DNA of 64,000 nt. Source: Candidatus Aenigmatarchaeota archaeon (GTDB lineage: Archaea; Aenigmatarchaeota; Aenigmatarchaeia; QMZP01; QMZT01). The notes below the pieces were generated by a model. That model searched no databases, was not told the origin of the DNA, and worked only from the letters and a program-made list of their open reading frames with translations. A program made the position numbers and the translations under genes. The stretch lies in assembly GCA_963726265.1 (NCBI GenBank), contig CAVSBQ010000002.1:6486-70485 (forward strand), read 5' to 3'. Shown piece after piece: positions 47,629-64,000 of the stretch. Every line of letters begins with the position of its first letter. The first letter of the stretch is position 1.

Positions 47629-48891
47629 ATGGAAGATGAAACATTGATGCTCGTGACCGGAGGCGGCCACGTTCATTTCGGGCCTGGAATAAAGACACTG
47701 GTAGAAGCCAGCAAAGAAAGGGGCTGGAAAGTACTGGGTTCTCTCTACGGCTGGAAAGGCGTGGATGCGAATTCTGGCGAGGAAGAAGTTGTGAATTTGG
47801 GGCTTCTGGATTCCGGCAGACTGGAAAGGATGATGAGCATAGGCGGTTCGCCGCTGTTTTCTTCAAGAACCAAGGCACAAATGGAGAGGACGCGGGCCAC
47901 AATGAGAAAGTATGGCGTTACATACGTTATCGGTTTTGGTGGTGATGATACCCTGAGCGTTGATGCTGGGGTTCCCATAATAGGATGGCCGAAAACAATG
48001 GACAACAACCTCGGCCCACAGTCTTCAGAACCAGACCTGTCTCGTGGAACTTATTTTACCATAGGATACCCAACTGCCGTTGAAAAAGCAGGTAAAGCGA
48101 CAGCCGTAGGCCATTCGAATGCACAGACCAACAGCAGCACTCACATAATAATACCATTCGGAAGGAGCCAGGATTTCGTTGGCGTGGGCGCGACAGCTTA
48201 CGGAGCTGCTGATTTCATGGCTCCCGGAGAAAGAAATGTCAATTTCGAAGAATTCTACCAAAGACTTCAGGAGGCCCGTCTTAAAAACGCGGAACTTTAC
48301 AAATGCAAGCCCTTTGCCGTTGCGGTCGTTCCGGAAGGAGTGAACAGAGGTAATGTTGTCGAATTTTTAGAGGAGTTTGCGCCTCCTGAACTGGTTCAAT
48401 ATGCAAAGAATGAAAATTATTTCAAAAAAGATGATTTCGAGCACATGGAACTTAACCCAGAACTGATAAGCATGATGTTGTCCGAAAGTCTTTTGAAAAG
48501 AAGCAAGGACGAACCTAAAGAAAGAAAAATAACAAAGGTTACATCAAAGGTGGTCAGTTATCATCTGAGGGACGGAGTTTCCACGGAAATAGACCAGCGC
48601 ATGGGCTCGGAAACGGCTATGAAGTGCATTGAACTCATAGAGCTGGGCAAAGAGGGGCTCATGGCAACGGTACGATGGGATCCGGTTAGTAGCGATTTCA
48701 CCACAGGCGATGTTCCCATAAAGGATGCGATAAAACAAAGATATGTCGACGGCACTGGATTTTTTGATTACGCAGGGACGTGGAAACCCACAGAAAAATT
48801 TATTGTGTACGCCAGCAGATTTGCAGGAACCCCGCCCCAGAAACAGGATCTCATTCACGGACCTTACCAGAAAGCCGTGCCTGTTGGTTAA
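47629..48891 (+). CDS. phosphofructokinase-family protein (divergent)
   Basis: IGFGGDDTLSV and WPKTMDNNL correspond to the PFK GGDGT/PKTIDND motifs. The N-terminal nucleotide motif is atypical, reading TGGGHVHFGPG where GGDxPGxN is expected. Confidence 0.7.
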   Translation: MEDETLMLVTGGGHVHFGPGIKTLVEASKERGWKVLGSLYGWKGVDANSGEEEVVNLGLLDSGRLERMMSIGGSPLFSSRTKAQMERTRATMRKYGVTYVIGFGGDDTLSVDAGVPIIGWPKTMDNNLGPQSSEPDLSRGTYFTIGYPTAVEKAGKATAVGHSNAQTNSSTHIIIPFGRSQDFVGVGATAYGAADFMAPGERNVNFEEFYQRLQEARLKNAELYKCKPFAVAVVPEGVNRGNVVEFLEEFAPPELVQYAKNENYFKKDDFEHMELNPELISMMLSESLLKRSKDEPKERKITKVTSKVVSYHLRDGVSTEIDQRMGSETAMKCIELIELGKEGLMATVRWDPVSSDFTTGDVPIKDAIKQRYVDGTGFFDYAGTWKPTEKFIVYASRFAGTPPQKQDLIHGPYQKAVPVG

Positions 48892-48948
48892 ACAACTTTT
48901 TAATAGACCGGGAAATTCCTGCAAAAAATGAACCGGCCCTGGAGTGGC

Positions 48949-49485
48949 TCATTTCTTTTCATGCTGTTTTTTCATGAAGAACTCGCAGGCGGGACATCCC
49001 AGCTCCATCTGCTTACAGTGCGGGCATGCAAGCTTGCCGTACACAATCGGGTTGCCTAGGAAAGTGACAACCAGCGGCCAGACCGCAATCCCTATCACGG
49101 CAAGGCTGAAGTTTGGCCAGTTCACGTAAGTCAGATATGCTCCTGCTATCACCGCAATTATCACCGGCAGCATAGTGGGGATGAAATTCTTCACGGTCAG
49201 CTTCCTTTCGTTGAATTTCCTTTTCTCGTCCTTCTTCATGAAAACCTTCGCTATCTTACCCTTGCCGCATACGCAGCGCTTTCCGTAATAATAGCAGCGC
49301 ACGCACCCTCCCCTGAGCGCCTGGACTTCGAGAAACGCGGTGTAAACGAAAACCAGCAGCGCGAGTAACGGCAATACCATGTATGACAGGTAAAGCGCCG
49401 ATGCGTAGACGGAAAACGAGAAAAAATAGTAGACAAGCATCATCCATGCCGGATAGCTTTCAAACAATTTATCAGCCATATTCAA
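48949..49485 (-). CDS. membrane protein with Cys clusters
   Basis: The 178-aa protein has 4 TM segments, plus CVRCYYYGKRCVCGKG and CPHCKQMELGCPAC. Confidence 0.6.
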   Translation of the reverse strand: MNMADKLFESYPAWMMLVYYFFSFSVYASALYLSYMVLPLLALLVFVYTAFLEVQALRGGCVRCYYYGKRCVCGKGKIAKVFMKKDEKRKFNERKLTVKNFIPTMLPVIIAVIAGAYLTYVNWPNFSLAVIGIAVWPLVVTFLGNPIVYGKLACPHCKQMELGCPACEFFMKKQHEKK

Positions 49486-49523
49486 ACCACCTCAATTGGT
49501 TTTATCAAACGTCTCAGTAAACC

Positions 49524-50762
49524 TCAATAAACCTGGAATCCCCTGCAGAGCTCCCGGACTTCTGTGCGAACCTTCGCCAGCGCCGCGTCATCCTTGTAAT
49601 GCATTATCGCTTTCGCAATCAGCTCCCCGACGCGCTTCATCTCGCTTTCCTTCATGCCTCTGGTCGTGATTGCGGGCGTTCCCAGGCGGATGCCGCTCGG
49701 GTCGAAGGGCGAGCGCGGGTCGTAGGGGATCATATTCTTGTTCACGGTTATCCCCGCCTTGTCGAGCGCGGTTTCCGCTTCCTTCCCTGTCACGTTCTTG
49801 TTGCGCAGGTCTACGAGAATCAGGTGGTTGTCCGTGCCGCCTGAAATGAGGGTAAAGCCTTCGCCCATAAGCGACGAAGCGAGCGCCTTCGCATTCTTCA
49901 CGATTTGTTTCGCGTAATTCTTGAACTCGGGCTTCATCGCTTCTTTGAAAGCGACTGCGACGGCCGCAATCGTATGCTCGTGCGGCCCTCCCTGGAGGCC
50001 GGGGAAAACGGCCTTGTCAATCGCTTCGGCGAAACGCTGTTTGCACATTATCATTCCGCCCCTCGGCCCGCGAAGGGTTTTGTGAGTCGTGGTCGTGACC
50101 ACATCGGTAAAGGGGAACGGCGACGGATGCACGCCGCCGACGATCAGGCCGGCGATGTGCGCGATGTCGGCCATCGATATCGCCCCCGCCTCCTCGGCGA
50201 TTTCCGCGAAGGCCTTGAAGTCGAACTGGCGCGGATACGCCGTCGCTCCTGACACGATTATCTTCGGCTTCTCCTTCAGCGCGAGCTTGCGGACTTCATC
50301 ATAATCTATCAGATGGGTTTTCGGGTCGACGCCGTATGAGACGACCCTGTAAGCCTTGCCCGAGAAGTTGACCTTGTGGCCGTGCGTGAGATGCCCTCCT
50401 TGCGCGAGGTTCATGCCCATGAGCGTGTCGCCGAAATTCATCAGGGCGAAATAGACCTCGATGTTCGCGGGCGAGCCTGAAAGCGGCTGGACGTTCACGT
50501 GCTCGCAGCCGAACAGCTTCTTCGCGCGTTCGATGGCGAGGTTCTCGACCTTGTCTATGACCTGGTTACCGCCGTAATAGCGTTTCCCTGGGTAGCCTTC
50601 GGCGTATTTGTTGTTGAAGACCGAGCCCAGTGCATGCAAAACAGCCTTGCTCGGAAAGTTCTCGGAAGGGATGAGCTCGAGGCCCTCGTTTATCCTCCTC
50701 GTCTCGTCCTGCTCCAGCCCGAAAATGTCCGGGTCAGTCGTCTTGAGATTGTCATTCCACAT
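49524..50762 (-). CDS. glyA: serine hydroxymethyltransferase
   Basis: [19 protein letters not shown] and the PLP site [14 protein letters not shown] are present. Confidence 0.95.
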   Translation of the reverse strand: MWNDNLKTTDPDIFGLEQDETRRINEGLELIPSENFPSKAVLHALGSVFNNKYAEGYPGKRYYGGNQVIDKVENLAIERAKKLFGCEHVNVQPLSGSPANIEVYFALMNFGDTLMGMNLAQGGHLTHGHKVNFSGKAYRVVSYGVDPKTHLIDYDEVRKLALKEKPKIIVSGATAYPRQFDFKAFAEIAEEAGAISMADIAHIAGLIVGGVHPSPFPFTDVVTTTTHKTLRGPRGGMIMCKQRFAEAIDKAVFPGLQGGPHEHTIAAVAVAFKEAMKPEFKNYAKQIVKNAKALASSLMGEGFTLISGGTDNHLILVDLRNKNVTGKEAETALDKAGITVNKNMIPYDPRSPFDPSGIRLGTPAITTRGMKESEMKRVGELIAKAIMHYKDDAALAKVRTEVRELCRGFQVY

Positions 50763-50850
50763 GCAAGCACCATTAGATATAATGTTAAATTTTTGTCGCG
50801 CAGATTAAAAAGTGTTTGCAGAATCTAAAACCCGCCTAAAAATTCTCAAT

Positions 50851-51090
50851 CTACCAGGTGTCTTGGGTAAATTTTAATTTGAGGTCGTTTGCCAAAGAGT
50901 CTAATCCTGACAAATTTGCAGGTGAGTACACAAATGGTATTGTGTCAATTAATTTTTCACCTTTGTATATTTCCGCGCATATAGGATGACGTGGATCCGA
51001 AGATCTGAGAAAGTGTATGTGAAGATCGGGCGCTATTGAGAAATACCACGCTATATGCCGGTCGCTTAGTTGTCCATTTTCGTTAATCAT
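50851..51090 (-). CDS. hypothetical protein
   Basis: Intact 79-aa ORF in a low-GC patch. Confidence 0.4.
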   Translation of the reverse strand: MINENGQLSDRHIAWYFSIAPDLHIHFLRSSDPRHPICAEIYKGEKLIDTIPFVYSPANLSGLDSLANDLKLKFTQDTW

Positions 51091-51173
51091 AAAATTAATG
51101 GAAGTTAAATTTTATAAACTTAACTACTACCTACTCATAGTCTCAGAATCTTGAGTTTTTCCTGAGAAATCAG

Positions 51174-52707
51174 CTACCTCGTCGGGCCTTCTTCCATGTC
51201 GACTTTTATGTATTTAGCCAGCAGCGGGTGGACGCGCTTGACTTCCTTGTAAAGCTCCCATGCCACGCGCCTGTATGATATGTGGCCTTCCTTCGAGGAG
51301 CGCAGGCGTATGAAGTGGTAAAGCTCGCGCAGGTTCCACGTGAACAGCGTGCGTTTCCTGTAGGCCAGGGGAACGACGTATTGCGCCTCCTTGGGGAAAC
51401 GCTCCGAGATTTTCCCGAACGCGTCGCTGGCGGCTTCCATGGCCTGCCTGAAGCGCTTTTCGCAGCCGATGGCGGCGATTTCCGGAGGCATGTCATAGCC
51501 ATTCGCCGTCGTTAACGTCTGGTTGGTCTGCGTCGCCATGCGGTGCCGCTGGATGTCGCGGAAGGCGCCGTAATCGACTAGTATGTCAAAAGTATAATGG
51601 GCGTGCTCGAGCTCGCGCATGGGCATGTCGTGCTTCCCCATTCGCTTCATGAACTCGTCGAACACGCGCTCTTTCTCCGCCTGCTCCATGCCCTTAACCT
51701 TTTTCAGTATCCGGGCGTATGGCTGGCTGGAATACTTGTAGATGATGGAGGCGATGACCTTGTTTTCCGCGTCCCTGTCGTAGTCGACGAGCGCGACCTC
51801 CTTCCGTTCCTTCGTCCGCGACGGCTTCGAACGCCTTGCAGGCGCTCTCCATCCAGAAATCCGTCTCGTGCATGTAGTGGTTCCTCTCGGCGTATTTGAC
51901 CAGCGTGGGTATGAGTTTCACGACCTCGGTTTTCATGTCCGCGCCGATCCTGTTCATCTCTTCGAGCGGGCTCGAAAGCAGCTTCGTGAGCATGCGCTCC
52001 AGCGCGCGGGCGTTGGCGGTTATCGCGAGATTCGTCAGCGTCGAGGCGGGCAGCGCATACCTGCAGACGTCGCATGCCCTCGCCTTCGTGACGGCCTCGT
52101 AAAGCTTCGCGTCCATGCCATCGGGCTTCGGATGCGTTTTTTCCATGTGGGCAAGCATCTTCGGCATCATTTCCAGGTAAAGGTCGAACAGCGAGCTGCA
52201 CGTCTTCCCGTAGAGCTCGGCGAACTCGGAATCCATGAGCTTCCCCGGCTTGTAGAACTTGTCGCGGTCGAAGACCTGGTAGCGCGTCGATTTCTCGGTG
52301 TATGAGGCGAGCCGCGAATCCTCGATGGCTTTCGTCGCAAGGATGGAGACGTTCTCGACCGCGATGCTGGCGACTGCGTGCTCCGCGACGGATGAATGAC
52401 CATAACCCACGACCCAGCGCTCATGGAACTTGCGCGCCTTCTCCTTGGCGTCCTTGTAGTCGAGGCCGTTTCCCGAATAAATGCGCATGACATCGCCCAT
52501 GTCTATGTCCCTGCTTTTTATCAGCTTCAGCAGGTTCTCGCGGAAACTCGCAGGGCTGCGCGACACGTAGGCGAACAGGACCGCGACGACCTCGGGCGGG
52601 AGATTGTATATTACGTAGATGTCCTTGTCCATGCTGCTGACGTGGTTCTTCAGGATCGTCTCGTCCTCTTTCGAAAAGCTGCCTTGACCGTCTTTCCCCT
52701 CTTCCAT
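51174..52707 (-). pseudogene. thyX: FAD-dependent thymidylate synthase ThyX, long two-domain form, one frame disruption (~51,800-51,850)
   Basis: The first part carries GHSSVAEH and YTEKSTRY. The second part carries RDIQRHRM and LRELYHFIRLRSS. The ORFs 51694-52707 and 51174-51689 join through the +1 frame (KEVALVDYDRDAENKVIASIIYKYSSQPYARILKKVKGMEQAEK). Confidence 0.85.
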
Positions 52708-53397
52708 TCACCTCAACCCCGATGAAAAGATTATCCGTCCAAATTTTATAAGCGTTTTGCGCCGGGCGCGCTTGGCTCGAAACATGAGCAAAAGGGCCTC
52801 AGCAAGTAATTTAAAACTGCAATTCATCAGATTAAGGCATGCATCATCAGACACGGCGTGTTCAAACGCCTATGCGCAGTCATTTGTTCAGAAACCACCC
52901 TCAGCAGCCACACAAACAGATGCACTAAGCTGGATAACTGAAGGATGAACTGACCCAGAAAAAGGACGGGGATGGAAAAGAAGTTTTAAAGAGTTGCAGA
53001 GTTATATCGCATGAAAAACAGAAGTCAAAATACATGAATATTATTTGAGGGAAATGGATGTGAGAATTACAAAGAGAAGGGAAATCGATTACGTGAAACT
53101 GAGGCGCAACGGCGATGTATTGCCTGAATAATTGATACTCTGGCAGAATATTCATAAAAAAAATTTACGAATCTCGCGAGTCATGAAATTCATTAGAAAC
53201 AGTGATGGGGCAACAAATATTACGTTTTGAAAATACCGGGCCGAACGTAAAATAGTCAACTAAACATTTCGTGTTTCAATGAAGAGATATTCGGATTACA
53301 GCAAACATATACGAGTAAAATGCTTAACGCTATGAAGCAATTTTTCTGATGAATAATTTAAACCACGGATTCAATAATTTTTAATGAAAGTGGTGCT

Positions 53398-54328
53398 ATG
53401 GGTGTTTATGACGTCGTGATTGTGGGCCTCGGTCCTGCCGGCCTGACCGCGGGCATCTATGCCACGAGGTTCGGGCTGAAGACCCTCGTCATAGGCAAGG
53501 AGCCGGGAGGCCAGGCCAACGAGGCGTACGAGGTCGACAACTACCCCGGCATGCTGCGCGCGAAGGGCATGGAGATAATGAACAAGTTCCGCGAGCAGAC
53601 CAAGGCGCTGGGAGCAGAGGTTGTGTATGCGGAAGTCGTCGACATGAAGAAGAAGGGCGGAAGCGGTTTCATAGTCAAAACCGAGAGCGGCGAATACGAA
53701 GGCGAAGTCGGTCATAATCGCGACCGGCTCCAGGAAGCGCAGGCTCGACGTCCCGGGCGAGAACGAGCTGCGCGGACGAGGAGTTTCGTATTGCGGCACG
53801 TGCGACGCGCCGTTCTACAAGGGCAGGACCGTCGTCGTCGTAGGCGGAGGCAGCGCGGCCGTCATGACCGCGCTCATGCTCACCGAGCACGCGAAGAAGG
53901 TTTACCTCGCCTACAGGAAAGAGAAGGACGACATGCGCGCCATGCCCGCGTGGATCAGGATGGCGGAGCAGAACAAGAAGATAGAGATGCTCTTCTGCGC
54001 GGTGCCGAAAAGAATTGCGGGAAAGGAAAGCGTCGAAGCCGTCGTTTTCGAAAAAGGCGGGAAGGAATTCAGGCTTAAGGCCGAAGGCGTTTTTGTCGAA
54101 ATAGGCTCCGACCCGCAGAGCGAGCTCGCGCACAGGCTCGGCGTTTCGCTCGACGCCAAGTCGGGCAAGATAAAAGTCGGGCCTGACATGGCGACGAACG
54201 TGAAAGGCGTATTTGCAGCGGGGGACGTGACCAACGGCTCCGCGGACTTCGAGCAGATAATAATCGCGGGCGCGGAAGGGGCGAATGCCGCACGCTCCGC
54301 ATACAAGCATGTCAGGAAGCGCGCTTAG
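53398..54328 (+). pseudogene. trxB: thioredoxin reductase-like FAD/NAD(P) oxidoreductase, one extra base near 53,701
   Basis: YDVVIVGLGPAGLTAGIYA is followed by a shift, then AKSVIIATGSRKRRLDVPGENELRGRGVSYCGTCDAPFYKGRTVVVVGGGSAA...GVFAAGDV. The redox motif is CGTC. Confidence 0.85.
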
Positions 54329-54427
54329 TTTTCTGTCGTTCACTGAAGCAAAACCCTAATAAATCTTGAATGCAATAAAATAACTACCGTTTGATTTTTC
54401 AAATTCAGAGTTGAGGTGGGGTGGTTA

Positions 54428-55687
54428 ATGATGGCAGAAAAAGCTGAGAAAGTTGATCCTTTCGAATCCGCTCAGAAGCAGCTCAAGAAGGCGATTGATG
54501 TTCTCAAGATGGGCGACGACGTTTATGAAGTTCTCAGGAACGTGAGCGAATACCTTGAGGTCTCGATTCCCGTGAGAATGGACAACGGCAAGATGCGCGT
54601 TTTCAAGGGCTACCGCGTGCACCACAACAACATGCGCGGCCCTTACAAAGGAGGGATACGCTTCCATCCCGACGTCAATATCAGCGAGGTCAAGGCGCTC
54701 GCGTCGTGGATGACCTGGAAATGCTCGGTGGTCGGGATTCCCTACGGCGGCGCGAAGGGCGGGGTCGTCTGCAATCCGAAAGAAATGAGCGAGGGCGAGC
54801 TCGAGCGGCTTTCGCGGGGCTACGTCCGCGCGATGGGCGATTTCATCGGGCCCAAGAAGGACATTCCCGCGCCGGACGTCTACACCACGCCCAAGATAAT
54901 GGCATGGATGATGGACGAGTTCTCGAAGAGGAAGGGTTACAACGTGCCCGGCGTCATAACTGGGAAGCCAGTCGACGCCTTCGGTTCGGAAGGTCGCGAC
55001 GAAGCGACGGGCTACGGCCACGCCGTCATCACGAGAGAGCTGCTGAAATACCTCAAGCTCGACCCGAAGAAGATGACCGCCGTGATACAGGGCTACGGGA
55101 ACCTCGGCCACGTCGTCGCGGAGCAATACACCAGGATGGGCATAAAGGTCGTCGCCGCGTCCGATTCGAAGGGCGGCGTATACGACCCGAACGGCCTCGT
55201 TCCCGCAGACGTGATGGCGCAGAAGGACAAGACGGGCAGCGTCGTCGGCCTCAAAGGGGCGAAGGCCATAACCAACGACGAGCTCTTCAGCCTGAAATGC
55301 GACATCCTCGCTCCGTGCGCGCTCGAGAACGTTATAACGAAGGAGAACGCGCCGAAAATACAGGCGAGGTTCGTGATAGAAGGCGCGAACGGTCCGACGA
55401 CGCCTGAAGCGGACGAAATACTTTTCAGGAAAGGCATCATGGTCGTGCCGGACATTCTCGCGAACGCCGGCGGCGTGACGGTCTCGTATTTCGAGTGGGT
55501 ACAGAACAACATGAATTATTACTGGTCGAAGGAAGAGGTGAACGAGAGGCTGGACAGACTCATGACAAAGGCCTTCAAGGAAATCGCGGCCATAAGGGAC
55601 AGGCTGAAGGTCGACATGAGAACCGCCGCGTATATACTTTCCGTGAAGCGCGTCGCGGAAACCATGAAATTGAGGGGAGTGGGGTGA
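54428..55687 (+). CDS. gdhA: glutamate dehydrogenase
   Basis: KGGIRFHP, GIPYGGAKGG and the dinucleotide fold IQGYGNLG are present. The protein is ~420 aa. Confidence 0.93.
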   Translation: MMAEKAEKVDPFESAQKQLKKAIDVLKMGDDVYEVLRNVSEYLEVSIPVRMDNGKMRVFKGYRVHHNNMRGPYKGGIRFHPDVNISEVKALASWMTWKCSVVGIPYGGAKGGVVCNPKEMSEGELERLSRGYVRAMGDFIGPKKDIPAPDVYTTPKIMAWMMDEFSKRKGYNVPGVITGKPVDAFGSEGRDEATGYGHAVITRELLKYLKLDPKKMTAVIQGYGNLGHVVAEQYTRMGIKVVAASDSKGGVYDPNGLVPADVMAQKDKTGSVVGLKGAKAITNDELFSLKCDILAPCALENVITKENAPKIQARFVIEGANGPTTPEADEILFRKGIMVVPDILANAGGVTVSYFEWVQNNMNYYWSKEEVNERLDRLMTKAFKEIAAIRDRLKVDMRTAAYILSVKRVAETMKLRGVG

Positions 55688-55692
55688 CGGTA

Positions 55693-56013
55693 ATGCACGT
55701 GACGGAACTGGACGACGCGAAACTGAAAGGCTTCCTGGTCAAGAACAGGCTCGCTCTCATCGATTTCTATGCCGACTGGTGCGGCCCGTGCCAGGCGCTC
55801 AAGCCGGTGATAGAGGAGCTCGCCGGCGAGATGAAAGGCAAGGTTGCATTCGCCAAGATGGACGTGGACCAGAACAGGGAGAGCGCAGGCAAATACGGCA
55901 TCATGTCGATGCCCACGCTTCTCGTGTTCAGGGAAGGGAAGCTGGTCGACCGGCTCGTCGGCGCGCTGCCCAAGGATGCGATAAGGCAGAGACTCGTCAA
56001 GTTCACCGAATAA
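55693..56013 (+). CDS. trxA: thioredoxin
   Basis: The 106-aa protein has the WCGPC active site. Its start is coupled to the gdh stop. Confidence 0.9.
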   Translation: MHVTELDDAKLKGFLVKNRLALIDFYADWCGPCQALKPVIEELAGEMKGKVAFAKMDVDQNRESAGKYGIMSMPTLLVFREGKLVDRLVGALPKDAIRQRLVKFTE

Positions 56014-56085
56014 AAAGCCCAATTATGCGCCTTTCCTTGCGCCTTTCCACTAGTTTATATAATTGTAAATAAAATAATTAATAAC

Positions 56086-63487
<7,402 letters not shown>

Positions 63488-63542
63488 ATCTTTTCACACC
63501 CGAACACCCCGGTAATCACGTCTGCCGGTATATGCAAAGCAA

Positions 63543-63974
63543 GTGAAATTTATGGCGATGGTTGGAATTTCGCCCCTGATATCCGTGATAATGCTCATAG
63601 CCTTTACTCTCGCCGTTTCAGGCATCCTATTCGGCTGGATTTCGCAGTTCACCTATGCAGAAAGGGAGGAGTTCCAGACGTGTTCGAAGGCCCAGATAAG
63701 CCTGCAGAAGGCCTATTACAACCCGGAGACTGGCAACATCAACCTCGTCGTGCAGAACACGGGCAGGGTCGATTTGAAAGGTTTTACCGTCCTCATTTCA
63801 ACTGACAAGAGCGCGGAGACCGACAGGAGCTCCCTGGAAAAGGAGATAAAGGAAGGCGGCATAGGGCTTTTGCAGGTCAAACGCAGCGACGCCATCAGGA
63901 CCATCGTGGTCCAGGCGGTCGAATGCAAGAATGCGCAGGACATGGTAACGATATACGACGTGGAGGGTTTGTGA
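63543..63974 (+). CDS. archaeal type IV pilin-like protein (class III signal peptide, DUF1628-like N-terminus)
   Basis: The N-terminus VGISPLISVIMLIAFTLAVSGILFGW is typical of archaeal pilins and archaellin-like prepilins. The protein is 143 aa. The gene lies 55 nt downstream of the giant surface protein gene. Confidence 0.7.
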   Translation: MKFMAMVGISPLISVIMLIAFTLAVSGILFGWISQFTYAEREEFQTCSKAQISLQKAYYNPETGNINLVVQNTGRVDLKGFTVLISTDKSAETDRSSLEKEIKEGGIGLLQVKRSDAIRTIVVQAVECKNAQDMVTIYDVEGL

Positions 63975-64000
63975 TATGAAAGCGAGAACGGGTCTTCTGT

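Noticed and set aside
52708-53397. The ORF-free spacer as an rRNA, RNase P RNA or SRP RNA gene.
   Set aside because: No universally conserved motif, such as the RNase P GAGGAAAGTCC-type CR-I, could be spotted by eye. The region is AT-rich with little obvious helical complementarity. It cannot be excluded without covariance-model scans, so it is kept only as a low-interest finding.

Overview
This is a 64-kb segment of an archaeal chromosome, probably from an uncultivated, DPANN-like lineage (lineage is inference). Archaeal markers are ribosomal proteins L40e and S6e, RNase P proteins Pop5 and Rpp30, a UbiA-type DGGGP synthase, FtsZ, a class-III-signal pilin and an intron-bearing tRNA. Housekeeping genes include a DEAD-box helicase, nadA/nadB, thiI, a ThiF-like E1, NMNAT, two PPAT paralogs, a type-II-like PanK, SHMT, two-domain ThyX, TrxB/Trx, GDH, a PFK-like enzyme, CorA, MFS, OPT and MarC. 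These are interrupted by low-GC accessory islets. The islets are two AbiEi/AbiEii cassettes, an MNT/HEPN cassette bracketed by 33-bp direct repeats that duplicate the 3' end of pcm, and a ~2.5-kb islet encoding a 532-aa protein with a sigma-70-like core between two copies of an unknown domain. Two giant surface proteins (about 2,100 and 2,460 aa when reconstructed), smaller Cys-rich secreted proteins and a pilin dominate the accessory content. About 30 single-nucleotide frame disruptions can be inferred. They are strongly clustered at 27.7-32.2 kb and 56.6-58.0 kb, while other stretches of 4-12 kb are clean. From sequence alone I cannot separate real gene decay from consensus error. One tRNA-Ser(UGA) locus is 238 nt long and carries two insertions. 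I recognised no rRNA, CRISPR array, transposase or integrase. All family assignments come from motif recognition by eye, not from database searches.
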